Positions 43,645 through 57,769 are shown, counted from the first letter of the stretch. The stretch is 64,000 nucleotides of DNA from the human T2T-CHM13v2.0 reference genome, Homo sapiens (GCF_009914755.1 NC_060945.1), one strand, 5' to 3'. The notes: generated by a model from the letters alone, not told the origin. Numbers and translations: made by a program.

Positions 43645-46345
43645 CACTGGCATTGGTGGAGAGCTCTAAGGCAAGATAAATATAAGCATTCAGAGTAAGC
43701 ATTTCAAAATATCTGCAGCAATTTCACATTGCCAGGCCATAAAGGTTTCTGATCAATGGGATTATTTCTGACCAGGGTATAGTACAGTTAATTGTTGTGG
43801 ATCACATATGATCTAAGCTGTATGCTAGTCATATGTAGCAGAATCACATAGCAACAAATGACACTTTAAGGTTAGTTTGTGCACTATAACCCAAGTGTGT
43901 GTCAAATTTTGAGAAAATGTAAGCCTTTGTATGCTTAAAAAAATTTTTAGGTGCACTTTACTTTTTAATGATGCCTGTTTTTCAAATTATAATGTAACAT
44001 TATTAGTTATACTAAGAAAATACAATTTACATTATTTAAGTTTAATGCCAATTAACACGGAGAGAAATAAGTTTCTCTGGGCTTGTTACGAGAAGGCATA
44101 GATTCTCAGCTACAGACATTTTAGGTTAAATAATGGTGAAGAAAAACAGTAGGGAAAAGCTAAAGACCAAAAAGAGTTCATACTTGTTTTACTTAGAAGT
44201 ACGTATCCTAGTACATTGAGATCAGTTTTCTAACCATAATTGATGATACTATGCTAAAACTATGGTGCCTCATTTGTGGAGTTGCATTGCATAGTGAAGG
44301 GATGAAACAATGAACACCTATGTGGTATTTACATAAAAGATATAAATAAAAGTGTTCAAAACCACTTTCTCTGTATAAGAGTATTTAATTGAAAAGCCTA
44401 CAGAAGCAGATGCTCAACATTTCACATATGAATATTGATGCTATGTGTCTTATTGTAAAACAGCACTTTGGGTTGCTAAGACTAAAGAAAATGTATACAA
44501 TTGCTGAGACAGTGAAGTATGGTATCAAAGATACTTATTTGGAAATGCAATGTGAATCTGTATTACAAAGTCAATCAAATACCACTTTGCAGTAACACTG
44601 TATACTCAGGAGCTGAGTGATGATCTAGAAGACCAACTCACTGAACAAGTAAAACTAGTAAAGTGTTTTTCATTGTGATTAGACTAATGCACTGATACTG
44701 CTAACATGGCAACTCTTTTAGTGTAGTCCATTTTCAACATTATATTGATATTATGGAACTTTTTTCTTCATCGCTCATGTAAACTGACTAGATCTGAACC
44801 CTATGATATGAACTGTCAACTGGTGTAGTTTAGAGATTACGTTTCACATGCATGTTTCTGTGGCATAATATCTATTACAGAAAACATTCTTGAATGGTTA
44901 CCCAGATATGGTGCTTTTGTTAAAATGCAAATCAACACAGTTTTCTTTATCAAAAACGTCTTGCATGGCATTAAATGTCAGCTTTAAAAAGTCACTGATG
45001 GCATGGTAAAATTTTGTGAGTTAAGTAAATGTCAATACATTAAATTCAAGATTATTTTACATATCAAGTAATAATATGGAAGCTGATTACGAACTCAAAT
45101 TATTTCATAAAGAGCCATGCAGTTCATGGAGAGCAATAGTTCTGTGGAAAGCACTTCAATTACTGAATAAACTTTTAATGTTTCACTTCTTAAGAAACCA
45201 GTTTGGTCCACCAATTTAAAGCTGTTCAGTGATAGGCAGGGTTACTTGTTTATCTGATATTTTTTATGTATTTAATGATATTAATATTTTTAGGTATTGT
45301 AGAAATAGAACAAGTTTTTCAATGACAGAAAATGAAACTTTGAGAATTTATGGAATCTAGTTTTACAGTTTATATATGGAATATAGTATGTATTTAATGA
45401 TATTAATATTTTTAGGCATTGTAGAAATAAAACAAGTTTTTCAATGACAGAAAATGAAACTTTGAGAATTTATGGAATCTGGTTTTATGGCAAGCTAATA
45501 ACAATTACCAGTGAGGTAGGTGTTAATGTTGTTATTGAACACCTGCAAAAGGTTATCACCAAACATTTAATCAAGGGTTTGGAATTTTATTTTTTTTACC
45601 AAAAATGTGTCACACATAAGAAATGCATGGATCTGAAAACCATTCTCATTGAAAGATAATTCAAATTTAATAATAAGGATAAATTTATAGAACTAGCTAC
45701 TGGTGGAATCACTGAAGTTGTGTTTTGAAAGCACATCATCACTTACTTCATTTTTGGATATCAGTTAAAAACATACATGGTGAGCTAGATGAAATTACTT
45801 TAAAGGCTCTTGCTCTGTTTCTAACAATACAGCTCCACAGATTGTTTTGGGCACAATGAGTGTCACTAAAACAGGAACCTAGAAATAGTGCAGATAATTA
45901 TGAGTAAATGAACGTTGTGAATAAAACGTAGCCTAGACATGTTAACGGAAGAAATGAACTGTTTGCATTTATTCATATCAAAATCTTTAAATGTGTTTAT
46001 ACAAAGTATTCTCAAAGTGTGCATATAAGTTTTCATTGAATGAAATCACATTTCACTTATACATTTTGTTTAGCTGAGATTGTAGAAAGACAAATAGTAT
46101 ATTAGCAATTCTCAATATTAATGGCTATGTATATACTCTTAATAAAAATATATAGTCTTTTGGAAATTATTTTCTTCATATACCATATTTGTTCTGATTA
46201 TATGTATAAAAATGGAGAGATATTCCTGATTCTACAAAAAGGTTTTGCAGTTTATGTATCTTTGTTTAATTTTAGTTTTCTAGTAATTTATTTTCATCAT
46301 ATTTTTCCATAGTATTCATTCACAATAAATTAAAATACTGGCTCT
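43645..46345 (+). mobile_element. Decayed autonomous-length hAT Charlie/Buster DNA transposon (Charlie7-like)
   Basis: Colinear transposase motif remnants: YTIAETVK..IKD..LEM (ORF 44389-44595), DLEDQLTEQVKL..FSL..D..TD.ANMATLLV (~44620-44725), LNSRLF and M.AD (~45040-45090). Ends are approximate. Confidence 0.75.
45265..45487. repeat. 101-bp direct duplication with 21-bp spacer
   Basis: 45265-45365 versus 45387-45487, 3 mismatches. Confidence 0.95.
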
Positions 46346-46364
46346 TTGCAATAAATACTACTTT

Positions 46365-47490
46365 TACCTTTTTAGTTTTGAAATAATTACAGATTCATTA
46401 GAAGTTGGGAAGATAGTACAGAGAAGTCCCATGTAACTTACATCAAGTTTCTTCCAAAGGTTACATCTTACAGAACTCTATACAATAAAAAACAGAATGT
46501 TGACATTAATACCATGTATGTATAGAGTATTTTCATTTTATCACTGTTAGATTGGTATGACGACCACTCCAATCAAGATAACACAAAGATCTTACAGCGC
46601 GACCTCTTTAGAGTCTCATCCATCCCCTTCCACCTCCGATGTCCATAAACCCTGGAAAACAAAAATTTGTTCTTCCATGTCCATAGTTTTTTCATTTCAA
46701 TAATGTTGTATTTTTAGGCTGTTGAGGAACCTCTATACAGTTTTCCATAATAGAAATTCTTCAAAAAAACTAAAAATATGGCGTTCTTAAAATGACAAAA
46801 TTATAAAAAATGGAGAACAAATTTTACCATTTGATCCAGAAATCCCATTTCTGAGATTTCTAAAAAATTCCGTATATCTAAAAGATATCTGCATTCCCCA
46901 TGTTCATCACAGTATTGTCTATAATAGACATGGGATCAATCTATGTCCATCAACAGATGAATTGATAAAGAAAACATGGTATTTATAAACAATGGAATAC
47001 TACTCAGCCTCGATGAAGAAAATTCTGTCATTTGCAACAACATAGTTGAATCTGGAAGACATCATGCAAAGTGAAATAAACCAAGTACAGAAGAGAAAAA
47101 CTGCATGTTCTCACTTATATGCAAAACTAAAACAATCTAAGAAGCAGATAATAGAAAAGAGGTTACCAGAGCCTGGAGGTGAGGCAGGGATGAGAGTGAA
47201 AGGAAGAATGATGATATGTCAGTCAAAAGATCAATTTGAAGTTAAATAGGAGGAGTAAATAATGAGTATTTAAGGTGCTAGATATATAAACTTATTTGAT
47301 TCAATCATCTCACACTGTATATGATAGATATATACATGACTGTGTCTCCTATAATTATATATAATTATAATTCAAAAATAATTAAAGCTATTAAAAAAGA
47401 AACGAATGTTGTATTAATAGAATATTGAAGTATGTAATATTTTTAGATTTTTTTTTTACTCCGAATAAATCCCTTGAGATCTATTTAAGC
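46365..47490 (-). mobile_element. L1MD-type 3' end, split by an L1MA insertion
   Basis: TTTTGAAATAATTACAGATTCA..GAAGTTG..AAGATAGTACAGAGA 3' end. It resumes after 47405 (AATAGAATAT..AGTATGTAA...CCCTTGAGAT). Confidence 0.75.
46713..47404 (+). mobile_element. L1MA-type 3' end with complex inverted 5' junction
   Basis: ORF 47046-47249 (MNLEDIMQSEINQVQK), A-rich tail, TSD AATGTTGTATT (46702-46712, 47405-47415). Confidence 0.85.
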
Positions 47491-47549
47491 ACTGGAAGTT
47501 AGAATTCTAACATGCATTTTAGTAGAACACAATTCAACTCATAACAATA

Positions 47550-47930
47550 CAATTATGGCTGACATTGGTCTGTAATTTTCTTTTTCTTTAAGGTATTTTT
47601 CAACTTTTCATGTAGTATTAGCCTGATCTTATATAATAATAGTCCCTCCTCCTCTTTTTTTGCTGAAAAAGTGTGTATAACCTTGATTTTATTTATTTAG
47701 TTTTAGACAGAATTTACCAGTACAACTATCTCAGCGTGGAACTTTCTTTATGGAGACAAATTTAATTGCCTTAATGGAGATTAGGATTACTCAGATTTTC
47801 TTTCTTATTGTTAATTTTGATAAATTGTATTTTTTAAGAAAGTTGTCTATTTGTTTTATTTTGTCAAGTTTGTTGGTATATCATTCTTAATAACATTCTA
47901 CACTATTCTTTAATGTTTGTAGTATTTAAT
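47550..47930 (-). mobile_element. Old L1M ORF2 fragment
   Basis: ATTGGTCTGTAATTTTCTTTT...AGAATTTACCAGT...TTCTTAATAACATTC resembles antisense L1 ORF2. Confidence 0.6.
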
Positions 47931-48024
47931 GCCTTTGATTACACTGCTATCATTAAAAGGTATTAACCCACTTTTCCAACCACGCTATTATAATGAATAG
48001 AACTTCCTCGTAAGAATTTCTTCA

Positions 48025-49330
48025 TCATTCATTCTTTCAGTATATTCACTAAACATCCTGTAAATCCCAGAAAACAGAGGCCGGGACAGATTAGATGTAC
48101 TTTCTGCCTTCACAGAGCCAATGGTCTAGTGGATTATGTGGCTATTAAGTAAGAATTTGGAAGTGTGTTTGGTATAATGATATGAAGACCATATGTTTCA
48201 AGAAAACTTTAATGAGTCTAAAGGGTAAATAGAATTTAGTTAAACAAAGAGAAGAAGAAAGCACTGTCTAGTCAAATAGAAAGCTAAAGAAAAATTTCAG
48301 AAGCAAGAAATGATGAAGTATAATCCAAGAAGTTAAATTAAAAAAAAAAATCAGCATTGCCAGATATAGACTGCAAAAGGGGGAGACAGCAATAAGAAAT
48401 TATACTGAATAAGTATGTGTGGCCAAAGGATACAGTGCTTGTAAGTGTTCATGAGATGCGACATTTTCCTAAATGGGATGGGAAAGTATTAAATTCTTTT
48501 TAGCACATGGAAGTAATTATCAGATTTGCATTTTCCAAATGTTACTGAGGACTTGACGTATAGAAAGTATCGGCAAGAAAGCAGACTGTAAGCAAGGAGG
48601 TGAATTAAGACTTTGTTCCGATGACCTACACAAAAGATGATGATGGCTTGACCAAGAGGTAACAGGGCAGTTTTAGAAAAGGAGATGGATATGTCTACCA
48701 GAATTGACTCAACCTTATGATTGATTGAAATTGCCAAGTAAGGGAGACAATGCAATCAAGAGTGACACATAGATTTCTGGCTTAGGTAATTAGGTAGATG
48801 GGGTTGACATAAAACGAGAAACCTACAGGGGGAAATGTTCTCCCAGGGAGAGTGTTATTTTTGAACAGGATGAATTTGAATGGGCTCTAGGCTACCTAGT
48901 AGAAAAATTATGTAATATAATCAACTTACTTGAACTCTGTTGAGTTTGAAATAGGTAGCTTCATATTGATACCTATGCTCAATGCTTAGCTTTACAGGTG
49001 CTGGCAAAAAGAAAGTGGGTATGAACTGGTTTGGGGTTTTGCCAGAGTTCTTGGAAGAGCAGAATTCAGAGAGATCAAATATTCTCCAAGTAATTAAAGA
49101 TTGGGTCATGAAATCTAAGCTTGATGGGTTGAAAAATAAGGAGAAAAGAATAGTGGGTGTAGAAAAAGTAGAGAGAGCCAATGAGATATAAGTCTCAGGG
49201 AAGTGGAGAAAGAGTTCCAGTGGAAGAAGATTAACAGAGTAACTTGAAAAAAGGAAAATTGTAGTTAAAAATTGAATGTATTTGTCTGGAACTTCTGACG
49301 CTATCCTGGATGGGTGATGAAATTTTGAAT
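48025..49330 (-). mobile_element. L2 fragments
   Basis: CATTCATTC 3' end, CTGCCTTCACAGAG..TCTAGTGG, and purine-rich L2 body (GATGATGGCTTGACCAAG, AGATTTCTGGCTT). Confidence 0.6.
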
Positions 49331-51679
49331 GATGAGAGAGGAAAAGACAAATGTGTAGAGGAAGAAGAGCAGACATGAGAGCCTTGAGTGAGACTCTTAG
49401 AACTTCCTACAAATGTCTTTGTAATTGGACTCATGTGTCATCTCCTCTATGAAACTGCAGGTCGCTTAATGTCCAGGTCTGTACCTTACTCTCCCTTCAA
49501 TCAACAGACGAGCCCACTAGCATGCTGTCATGTGTAAAACAAGGACTCCATAACTAAATCTTGTATCAATAAATGAATGTGGTGATTTGTCTAAAAGTCA
49601 GATTATAAAATTACTCAATAACAACCACAGAGCAAGTAGTTCCAAAATGATATAATTCCCAGAATTTTATAGAACATCATTGATTATCTCATAGCCAGAA
49701 AAATTCCAAATCTTTTCATGGCTTGTTATCTTCTTGAATTGCCTACTAAATCCTACTGATAAGGTCCTTATAGAGAAGTAATTCTACAGTAGTGTGATTA
49801 CCAGGTATTAAAGTCTTAAGAAAAAAAAAGATTTCCTATAGCAATAGCTTCATATACAAAATTTTAGAAATAAAGCAGTAGAAAGCATTAACACAGGCCT
49901 AGGACAACTCTAAGCAGGAAATAAAACCTTATATTTTATTTTCATTTTTATTTTCATAGAGAGTAGCAGAAGGGCACCCCTTCTTGAGAATCAGCTTCAA
50001 AGGGTGAACAATACTGTCTTTACTTAACAGACAGCCTTTTTAAAAAACAACCTTGAGAGTATCATGCAAACTGACTTTTTAATGGTTTTGGGCAACATGT
50101 TTACATTTTAAACTTGTGGGTTTGCATTTTTCTTTATTTTCAAAGTTCAATCTGTCAGCTGGTTGGAATTTGTAATTTATGGCTCTGCAGCAATCCAAAG
50201 TTCCTTATCCTTAAGTGATCCCATTCCCATGGAAGTTTATGTTAGAGAGATTTCTAAAAAATCTTAAAAGTAAAGACAATATTTTGGAATCATTATGTGA
50301 TGTTTCTAAATATGTTCTTCTATGTTGATATCCCTGTAATTTTTGAAAGATCTTTGATACTACACAATGAGGAAAAAAAGAAATCTTAATCAATGAAATG
50401 TCAAGTCCTTAAAATATCTCCCGTAATACTTCCCTTCTGAGTATTTTATTTCAGCTTCAGATGTGTATTTTTCCTCTTAAGTTAATTTCTCTAATCCTTA
50501 TTGATTCCCTACTATATGCTTGTTACTTCACATAACATTAATAATTAAAAAGAGAAATAATATCAATAACAGTCTCTAACTTGAAGTGTTTATGGTCAGT
50601 TGCAGTGAAAATCAACATCAAAACAGGTAATATGAAGTTTAGGACACATTGTTGGGACTACCAGCCAAAAGTCTGGTGAGGTTGAAGATACAATAACATA
50701 TAGAAGAATACACTGATCATCATTCAGCTGTGTTTTATTTGAGTAAGCTAAACTGCTTTACTTTTATCTAATGCAGAATTTTTTAACGTTGTATTTATTT
50801 GCTTAAAACAAAAGAGTTACTCTATACAAGTTTTGTAGTCTGTGATTTCTTTTTGAAACCTTTCAGGATTAAATCAAAATATGGCTTCAGAGTTATAACA
50901 GTAACTTAAAAGCACAGAAGCCAAATATTTACCAGAACTGTAAAACTGTAAAACTAAAGTGTAAAACACTTCAGTTTAAAACTATTCACATTATTTCTAG
51001 CTTGAAAGTGCTAGAAATACATCAAAATTGGCCTTTATTAATTGAGAAGTTAATTTGACATGTTAGTGACATTTCTCCAGGTTAATGTATTTATTGCAAG
51101 AAAATGTGGGTGCTTTATAGGAAAATATTTGCTTAATTTAGGTGAACTATTTTTTTCTTATTTTATTTCTAAGATTTTGTAGAAAGAGAAAATCTCATAT
51201 TCTGTTTCTCGTTGGTTTCTCATTGGTATAAGTGTGCCCCACGGAGCATTGACTCATTCACATTTCACATAGAGGATGTGTAATTTGGCCCCTCTGGGTA
51301 GAGAGAAGCAGATACCCGTGGGTCCAGCATGACCATGTGAAGGTAAGTCTTTCCTTGTCAGCCAATGCATCGCATGAGGGTGCCAAACTTCTACTGGTGG
51401 TAGAGCAGGGGGAGTAGTCTGGACCTGGGAAGTCCCTGAGTTATCGTTACGTCTGTCCCTTAGAAAATAGGCAAGGGCCAGGATCAAAGACAGGATGAAT
51501 ACATAAGCTGGTAGGTATGGGAGGATTTTATATGATGCGTAACTAGGTCTACAACACTATCATTTTTTATTGTTTTTAAAAAACCTTGATATCCTTCTTC
51601 ACACGGAGTTAGTGGTTTTGTTCTTCAGCTACTTGCACTGAGGCTATAAACTTGTTCAGACTTTACCTTCTGTCTCACA

Positions 51680-52000
51680 GTATCAGCTATATTGATGATG
51701 GTGGCAATTGCTGTAAAATACAACCCCCTAGATGTTAGTGGAGAGTAAAATTTATTCTTGCTCCATCAAGTTCAGTGCAGATATAGTCAGCCTTCAGCGG
51801 TGCTCTTCCCCATGGTGAGCCAAAGTTCCAAGCTCCTCTTATGTAGTTATCTTCTACTGTTGCTAAGTATTTCAGAGTCATCTGGAGTCCTGAAGTCTTC
51901 TACAAATCCCTTCCATTTGGACATCAAACAAGAGAAGAAGGACCTTTAATGAAATAACTTACATTTTTTCTACCAATATCCCATCAGCCGAAACTACTCT
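51680..52000 (-). mobile_element. Ancient MLT1-type LTR fragment
   Basis: GCTGTAAAATACAACCCC..ATGTTAGTGG..AAATTTATTCTTGCTC pattern typical of old MLT1 3' ends read antisense. Confidence 0.5.
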
Positions 52001-52900
52001 CTCTCCCCACTCCTCCAACACTCTGGAATATAAAACAGATTTATGAGTAACCACCACTCTATTAGGTGCACTTTGAATTTAGTTCTTTCAAAGAGAAACG
52101 GGAATGGGACTGTAGCCACCTCAAGAAATGATACTGGCAAAAGACACATTTGGTATTCCTATTTTATTGCCACAATATGCTGAATTTTGTCTATATTAAG
52201 GAAAAGGTATGCTGTATATCTATCAAGGTATATTGTGCTTGGAGATATGTAATACTCTTTGGAAGATTTTACCTTCTTCACTATTAAGGGAATTGGATTT
52301 TCCAGTCATTGTAAACTGATATTTTGTAACGTTTAATTCCATGCCATAAAAATAATATCAGGGAAAACAATAGCTGTAAGAAATTTATCAAATGCCTCAT
52401 CTTAGCTCATTCTTCAAAAGGCGTATTAGTCTAGTTGGACTTCCATGAAGGTAATAAAAGTGGTAAATATCCAGCTAACATTTTGTAAGCTGAAAAAATT
52501 TTTCTCCGAAAGTAAAATACAGGTCACTGTGTGGTAAAAGAAAATACTCATACTAGCAGAGTACTTAATATAGTAGTTTTATGTGGAAAACATGATGTCT
52601 TTACTAGGTGTAGTTAGTGCTTAGCACATAATGTTATGAATGCATGTCTGCTAAACAGTGCGTTTCTGGCTATCTATAAATATCTGCTTTTGCTTGTATG
52701 ACCTGAATATTAATGGCAAACTTTCCTATAGAATTAAAATGATTAATGAGACTCCTGACTAAGCTGGGGACCTAATTATTTAAGGCCAATTTTGTAATGT
52801 TCACTTAGCTCTCATGTCAATTACTGTATTTCCAAAAGGAGACCCACCAATTGCTAATTATATCAATATTCATATAATCCGATGACAAATTCTCACATTT

Positions 52901-53706
52901 TGTGGACGATTGCATCTTCCAAAATGGCCCGTCTTTCATGCTCTTGTTAATGTGATCTTGATTTTCCTCCCATTGCCCATGGTAATGTGCTGCCACCCCT
53001 AACCCCAAGTGTTTCAGCAGAGTAGATTTTTGTGACTATTTCAACCAATAGAATAAGCTAAAATGACGCCATGACAATTCCAAGGTCTGGTTGTAAAAAT
53101 GCTAGGCATATTCACTTTGTTCTCTGAGGATGTTTGCTGTCAGCCACCATGCTAGAAAGAAGTCCAAATCTTCCTCTCCAAAAACACCCCCTCTAGATGT
53201 CAGTGGAGAGTAAAATTTATCCTTACTCCATCAAGTTCAATGCAGACATTCAGCCTTCAGAGGTGCTGTTCCCAATCATGAGCCAGGGGTCCAGGTTCCT
53301 CTAAATAAACTTCTAGGTAAAAATATTTCTAAATAAACTAACATGTTTTGCCCATTTTTAAATTGGAGTTTTAGAAAAGCTATTACTGAGTTTACAACTA
53401 TTATTAAGATATGAATTAGACAAGAAGAGGTCACTTTAGGAGTTCTAATGCACAGCTCGGTTTAGGTTTCAGCCAACAACCTGCGTCAACAACCACACAT
53501 GTGAGGAAAGATGTCTTCTGAAGATTCCAGCCTCCAGCCAGCAAGCCTTTCCAAGTATAACCCTAGGTATTGTGGAGAAGAGGCAAGCCATGCTGAACCT
53601 CAGAATCCGTGACAGTAATTTACTAGAATCCAATATTAGTAAAATAGTATTTTTTGTAAATACTAGATTTGAGATAATTTGTTATGTAGCCATGGTAACT
53701 GAAACA
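52901..53706 (+). mobile_element. MLT1G/H-type LTR interrupted by a ~290-bp mosaic insert
   Basis: TGTGGACGATTGCATCTTCCAAAATGGCC start; CAGCCACCATGCT..AAGAAGTCCAA; end TTTGTTATGTAGCCATGGTAACTGAAACA. Confidence 0.8.
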
Positions 53707-54359
53707 TTCTTTATTTAAACATAACTAGATCCCAACTTTCCATTAAACTTTTTCATTAGTGTTTTTCCTAACTTTAACAGTATTTACATACATACTTTAT
53801 CTTCAATTGTTCCAGTTGACTTGACTTCCACCAACTATATAGCACAGAAAAATTCTCCTTTAAAAATTATAAACATACATTCAGTCTTCAGGTTGACCCT
53901 GGTTTTCTTTCTGAATATTTTTGACTTAACTGCTGTTACACGTTTGATTATACAATACACTAGATTATGTAAGAGTAAAATTATTATTGATAATTTCTAA
54001 ACTAATAGATTTAGTTCAGGGTCATAGCACTAATAGTCCCAGTGCATAGCATAGGACTTACACATGGTAAATGGTCAATAAATATTGCATGAATAAATGC
54101 ATGCACAGACACTTTTAATCTGTTTTGAAAATTTAGTTAGAATACTGTAAAAAAAAACTATGTAATATTCACTGTTAATTCTAAATGCAGATTTGAGATT
54201 TAGATTATATGTGCTTTTATAGTCTTATTCATTTGACCATTTAAATATTTGACTATGAAATTGAATAAATTTGTATTACTATCTCATCCTATATTATAAA
54301 AACTGTAACTTATTATTTTTGTGGCTTATTATTCACTTATTAAAACTATTCTGGTCATT

Positions 54360-54450
54360 TCAATAATGGTGATGATGATAACAATAGCAGCTAGTGTTTC
54401 TTGGACACTTACTTGTACCAGAAATTGTCCTAAGTTCTTCTTGTGCTACT
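54360..54450 (-). mobile_element. MIR 3' fragment
   Basis: AACAATAGCAGCTAG..CACTTACTTGTACCAG..TGTCCTAAG. Confidence 0.55.
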
Positions 54451-54459
54451 AAATTAATT

Positions 54460-55665
54460 TACATGTATTGGGATATAATTTACTCATAGACAAATTCATT
54501 CCTTTTGGTTGTACAGTTCTATGCATTCTGATAAATGCATGTAGTCAAGAAATCATCATTACATTTAAGACATAGAACATTTCCATCATCTAAAAAAATT
54601 CCCTTATGCAAGTTTGTGGTCAATTCTTTCTCCCATATTCAGCCCTTAACAAACAATGGTCTCTTTTCTGTCCATATAGTTTTGCCTTTTCCAAAATGTC
54701 ATACGAGTGAAATCATACTATATGCACTACCATTTGCTTCTGGTTTATTTCAATTAGTCTAATACTTTTGTGAATCATTAATGTTGTTGCATTGCTGTTT
54801 TTTATTCCGTTGTTTAGATGTACCATAATTTGTATAAATATTTTCCTTATTGATGGACATTTGGCTTTAATTTGGGTAATTAGGAGCAAGACTGATATAA
54901 GCATGGGTGTATAGATATTTATACAAACATATGCTTTCAATTCTCTTTTATATCCACCTAGGAGTGGTATTGCTGTGTTGTATGCTGAATAGATGTTTAA
55001 CTTTATGAGAAAGCATCAAAGTATTTTCAAAAGTAGCTGCATCATTTTCAAAAATAGCTGTGTCATTTTGCATTACCACTAGCATTGCATGAGATTTCCA
55101 ATTGATCTGCATGCTCACCACAACTTGATACTACCAGTTTTGTTTTAAAGCCATTCTAACAGATGTACGCTACCACATCGTGGTCTTAATTTGCATTTCC
55201 CTAAATAAAATGATGTATAGAATCATTTCACATGTTAATGTGCATCCACATATTTCCTTGAATAAAGTTTTATATTTTGCCCATTTTTAATTTTTTATCA
55301 TTATTCAGTTGTGAAAATTTTAAATATATTTTTAGTAACAGACTTTCATTTTATATATATATATGTTTTGAAATGTTTTCTACCAGACTGTGACTTTTTC
55401 TTTGATTTTTTTAACAGTGTCATTCAAAGAGCAAATCGTTCTTTTTTTTTAAATTTTGTTGAATGCCAATATATTTCATTTTCCTTTTATGATTCGTGTT
55501 GCTGGATGTTGAGTCTAAACTTAACCCAAGGTTGTCTCTTGGGTTTTTTTTTTTTTGGACATCTCCTTGGAGATGTTTTATAATTTCTGCATGTGGTGCA
55601 AGGTGTGATTCACATTTATTTTTGCATATAGACGTACAATTTTTGCCACATCATCTGAAAAACCA
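54460..55665 (-). mobile_element. L1MC/ME-type 3' region
   Basis: ORF 54713-54940 (KAYVCINIYTPMLISVLL..KCPSIRK) and an old L1 3'UTR. Confidence 0.8.
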
Positions 55666-55727
55666 TGTTGAATTATTTCATCTACATAATTCTAGATTTT
55701 ATAATCCTAAAACATGAGATTAATTAA

Positions 55728-56065
<338 letters not shown>

Positions 56066-57769
56066 AAATATATACAATTTTTTATTTGTCAATTCTACCT
56101 TGATATAGCTGAAAAAGAGAAAAGGCGATTTATTTGCTCCATCAGCTGACAGTTGTTGGCACGTTGTGGAATACAGTATATAAGACCAATATATTTTGTG
56201 GTTGTATTCTCCTTCTTTTATGTTAATCATTTGTGTAAAATGATTCCCTTTATCTGAAGAGATTATAAGCAGAATCCTGTGTGATGGCTCAAATATTTAG
56301 TAAACTTTGTGGTAGTGTAACTGGCTTAGGTCTTGAGGTTAGGAACAGGAAGCCAATACCTAAAATATAATCAAGGTGAATCATGTCCCTTTTAGAGCAG
56401 AAGTCCAAGGGTAGCAACTTGCTACCAAATGCCTGGTTGGTTATCTTAAGGTGCCATATCAGAGACTGACAGTTGATCTCAGTTGCTAAGGTATTGGGAA
56501 TTTTACTAGAGAAGTAGCCAGATCAACCTTATTGAGTGGGATTCTGTGCTGTCAGGCCCTGCATGGCTCCATCTCCACTACCGCGGCTACCCTGTGCTTG
56601 AGTCTCTGCTGCAGCAAAAGGGTGTCTGAGCATAGATGCGATGCTGGCTGATATCAACAAGCTGCTGTTAAATCTGCACTGTTAGTGCCTCTTCTTTGTG
56701 AATGTTCTGTGGTGGGTATTAAAATGTCATACATAGATCTTTATACTTTGTTCCCATTACTGTAAGTTCATCTGCGTGTCCCAGTTCTTCCAATCTTTTT
56801 CCTTCAAGCTCTATCAAACCAATCAAACCATTAGCTTCTGTAAATGTGTCTGTACATACTCCTACCATGGACTTTCTATTTCCATGTAAAGTGGATGACA
56901 ACTTATACCACCCTAAGATCTGCCTATTGGGTAAATGTATAATCACCAGTCGTTTTGCAACATCTATGAGTGGGACTATTGTATAACAATAACTGATTTT
57001 CAGTTTGAACCCGCTTACAAAGGTGAGGCCCTTGGGAAACAAACTCAACCTTTTTCCTCCTCTGTCAGATGGCTGTAAAAAATCTCCCCCACACCAAAAG
57101 AGAGATGCTGGGTGCAACAAGGAAGAATGAAATGGTCTGGGCGACCCGCTGTGTAGATTAATCTCACCCTCCAAGATTCTTTGTGCCTGATCCCATATAT
57201 ATTGCTTTCTTCTTAAAATGCATTGTTGCTAGGCCTTCTTGACTTTGGAGCTTGTGAAAATAACATATATACAGTGCAAGATGGGCAGTTGTGGTCACAT
57301 GGTCACTTGATGTGCTGGGTTCAGCTGCTCAGTCTCTACCAGAGCCCTTTTACTTGCTGGGAGATGCGTTCTGAATGCAGACACGGATGTATGACTTAAA
57401 TACAGAATCCCAGGATTCTCTCTTGTGGTTCTGAGACCAGAGCTTGTCACAATTGCAAAAGAAGAAAAATAATTTTTCTTCAACCCTCATAAATTCTTAG
57501 TTAAAAAGGACCACTGTAACAAAGAACAGATTAACAAGAGGAAAACAAACAGAAGTTCATTAACATGTATATTTCATACAGATGTGTGAGACACCCAGGG
57601 AATGAGTAATTTTCAAAAAGGTGGCTTTGAATTTCTATTTGCATATCTAGCATCTTAAAAAAAAAACAGTAAATTTTTAGATAAGTACTAAGACACAGGA
57701 AAAGGACTTTGAGACTCTAGAAGCAGCAACTTGTGGGAAGGCAAATAAACAGCAGATAAAAGCTAATTA

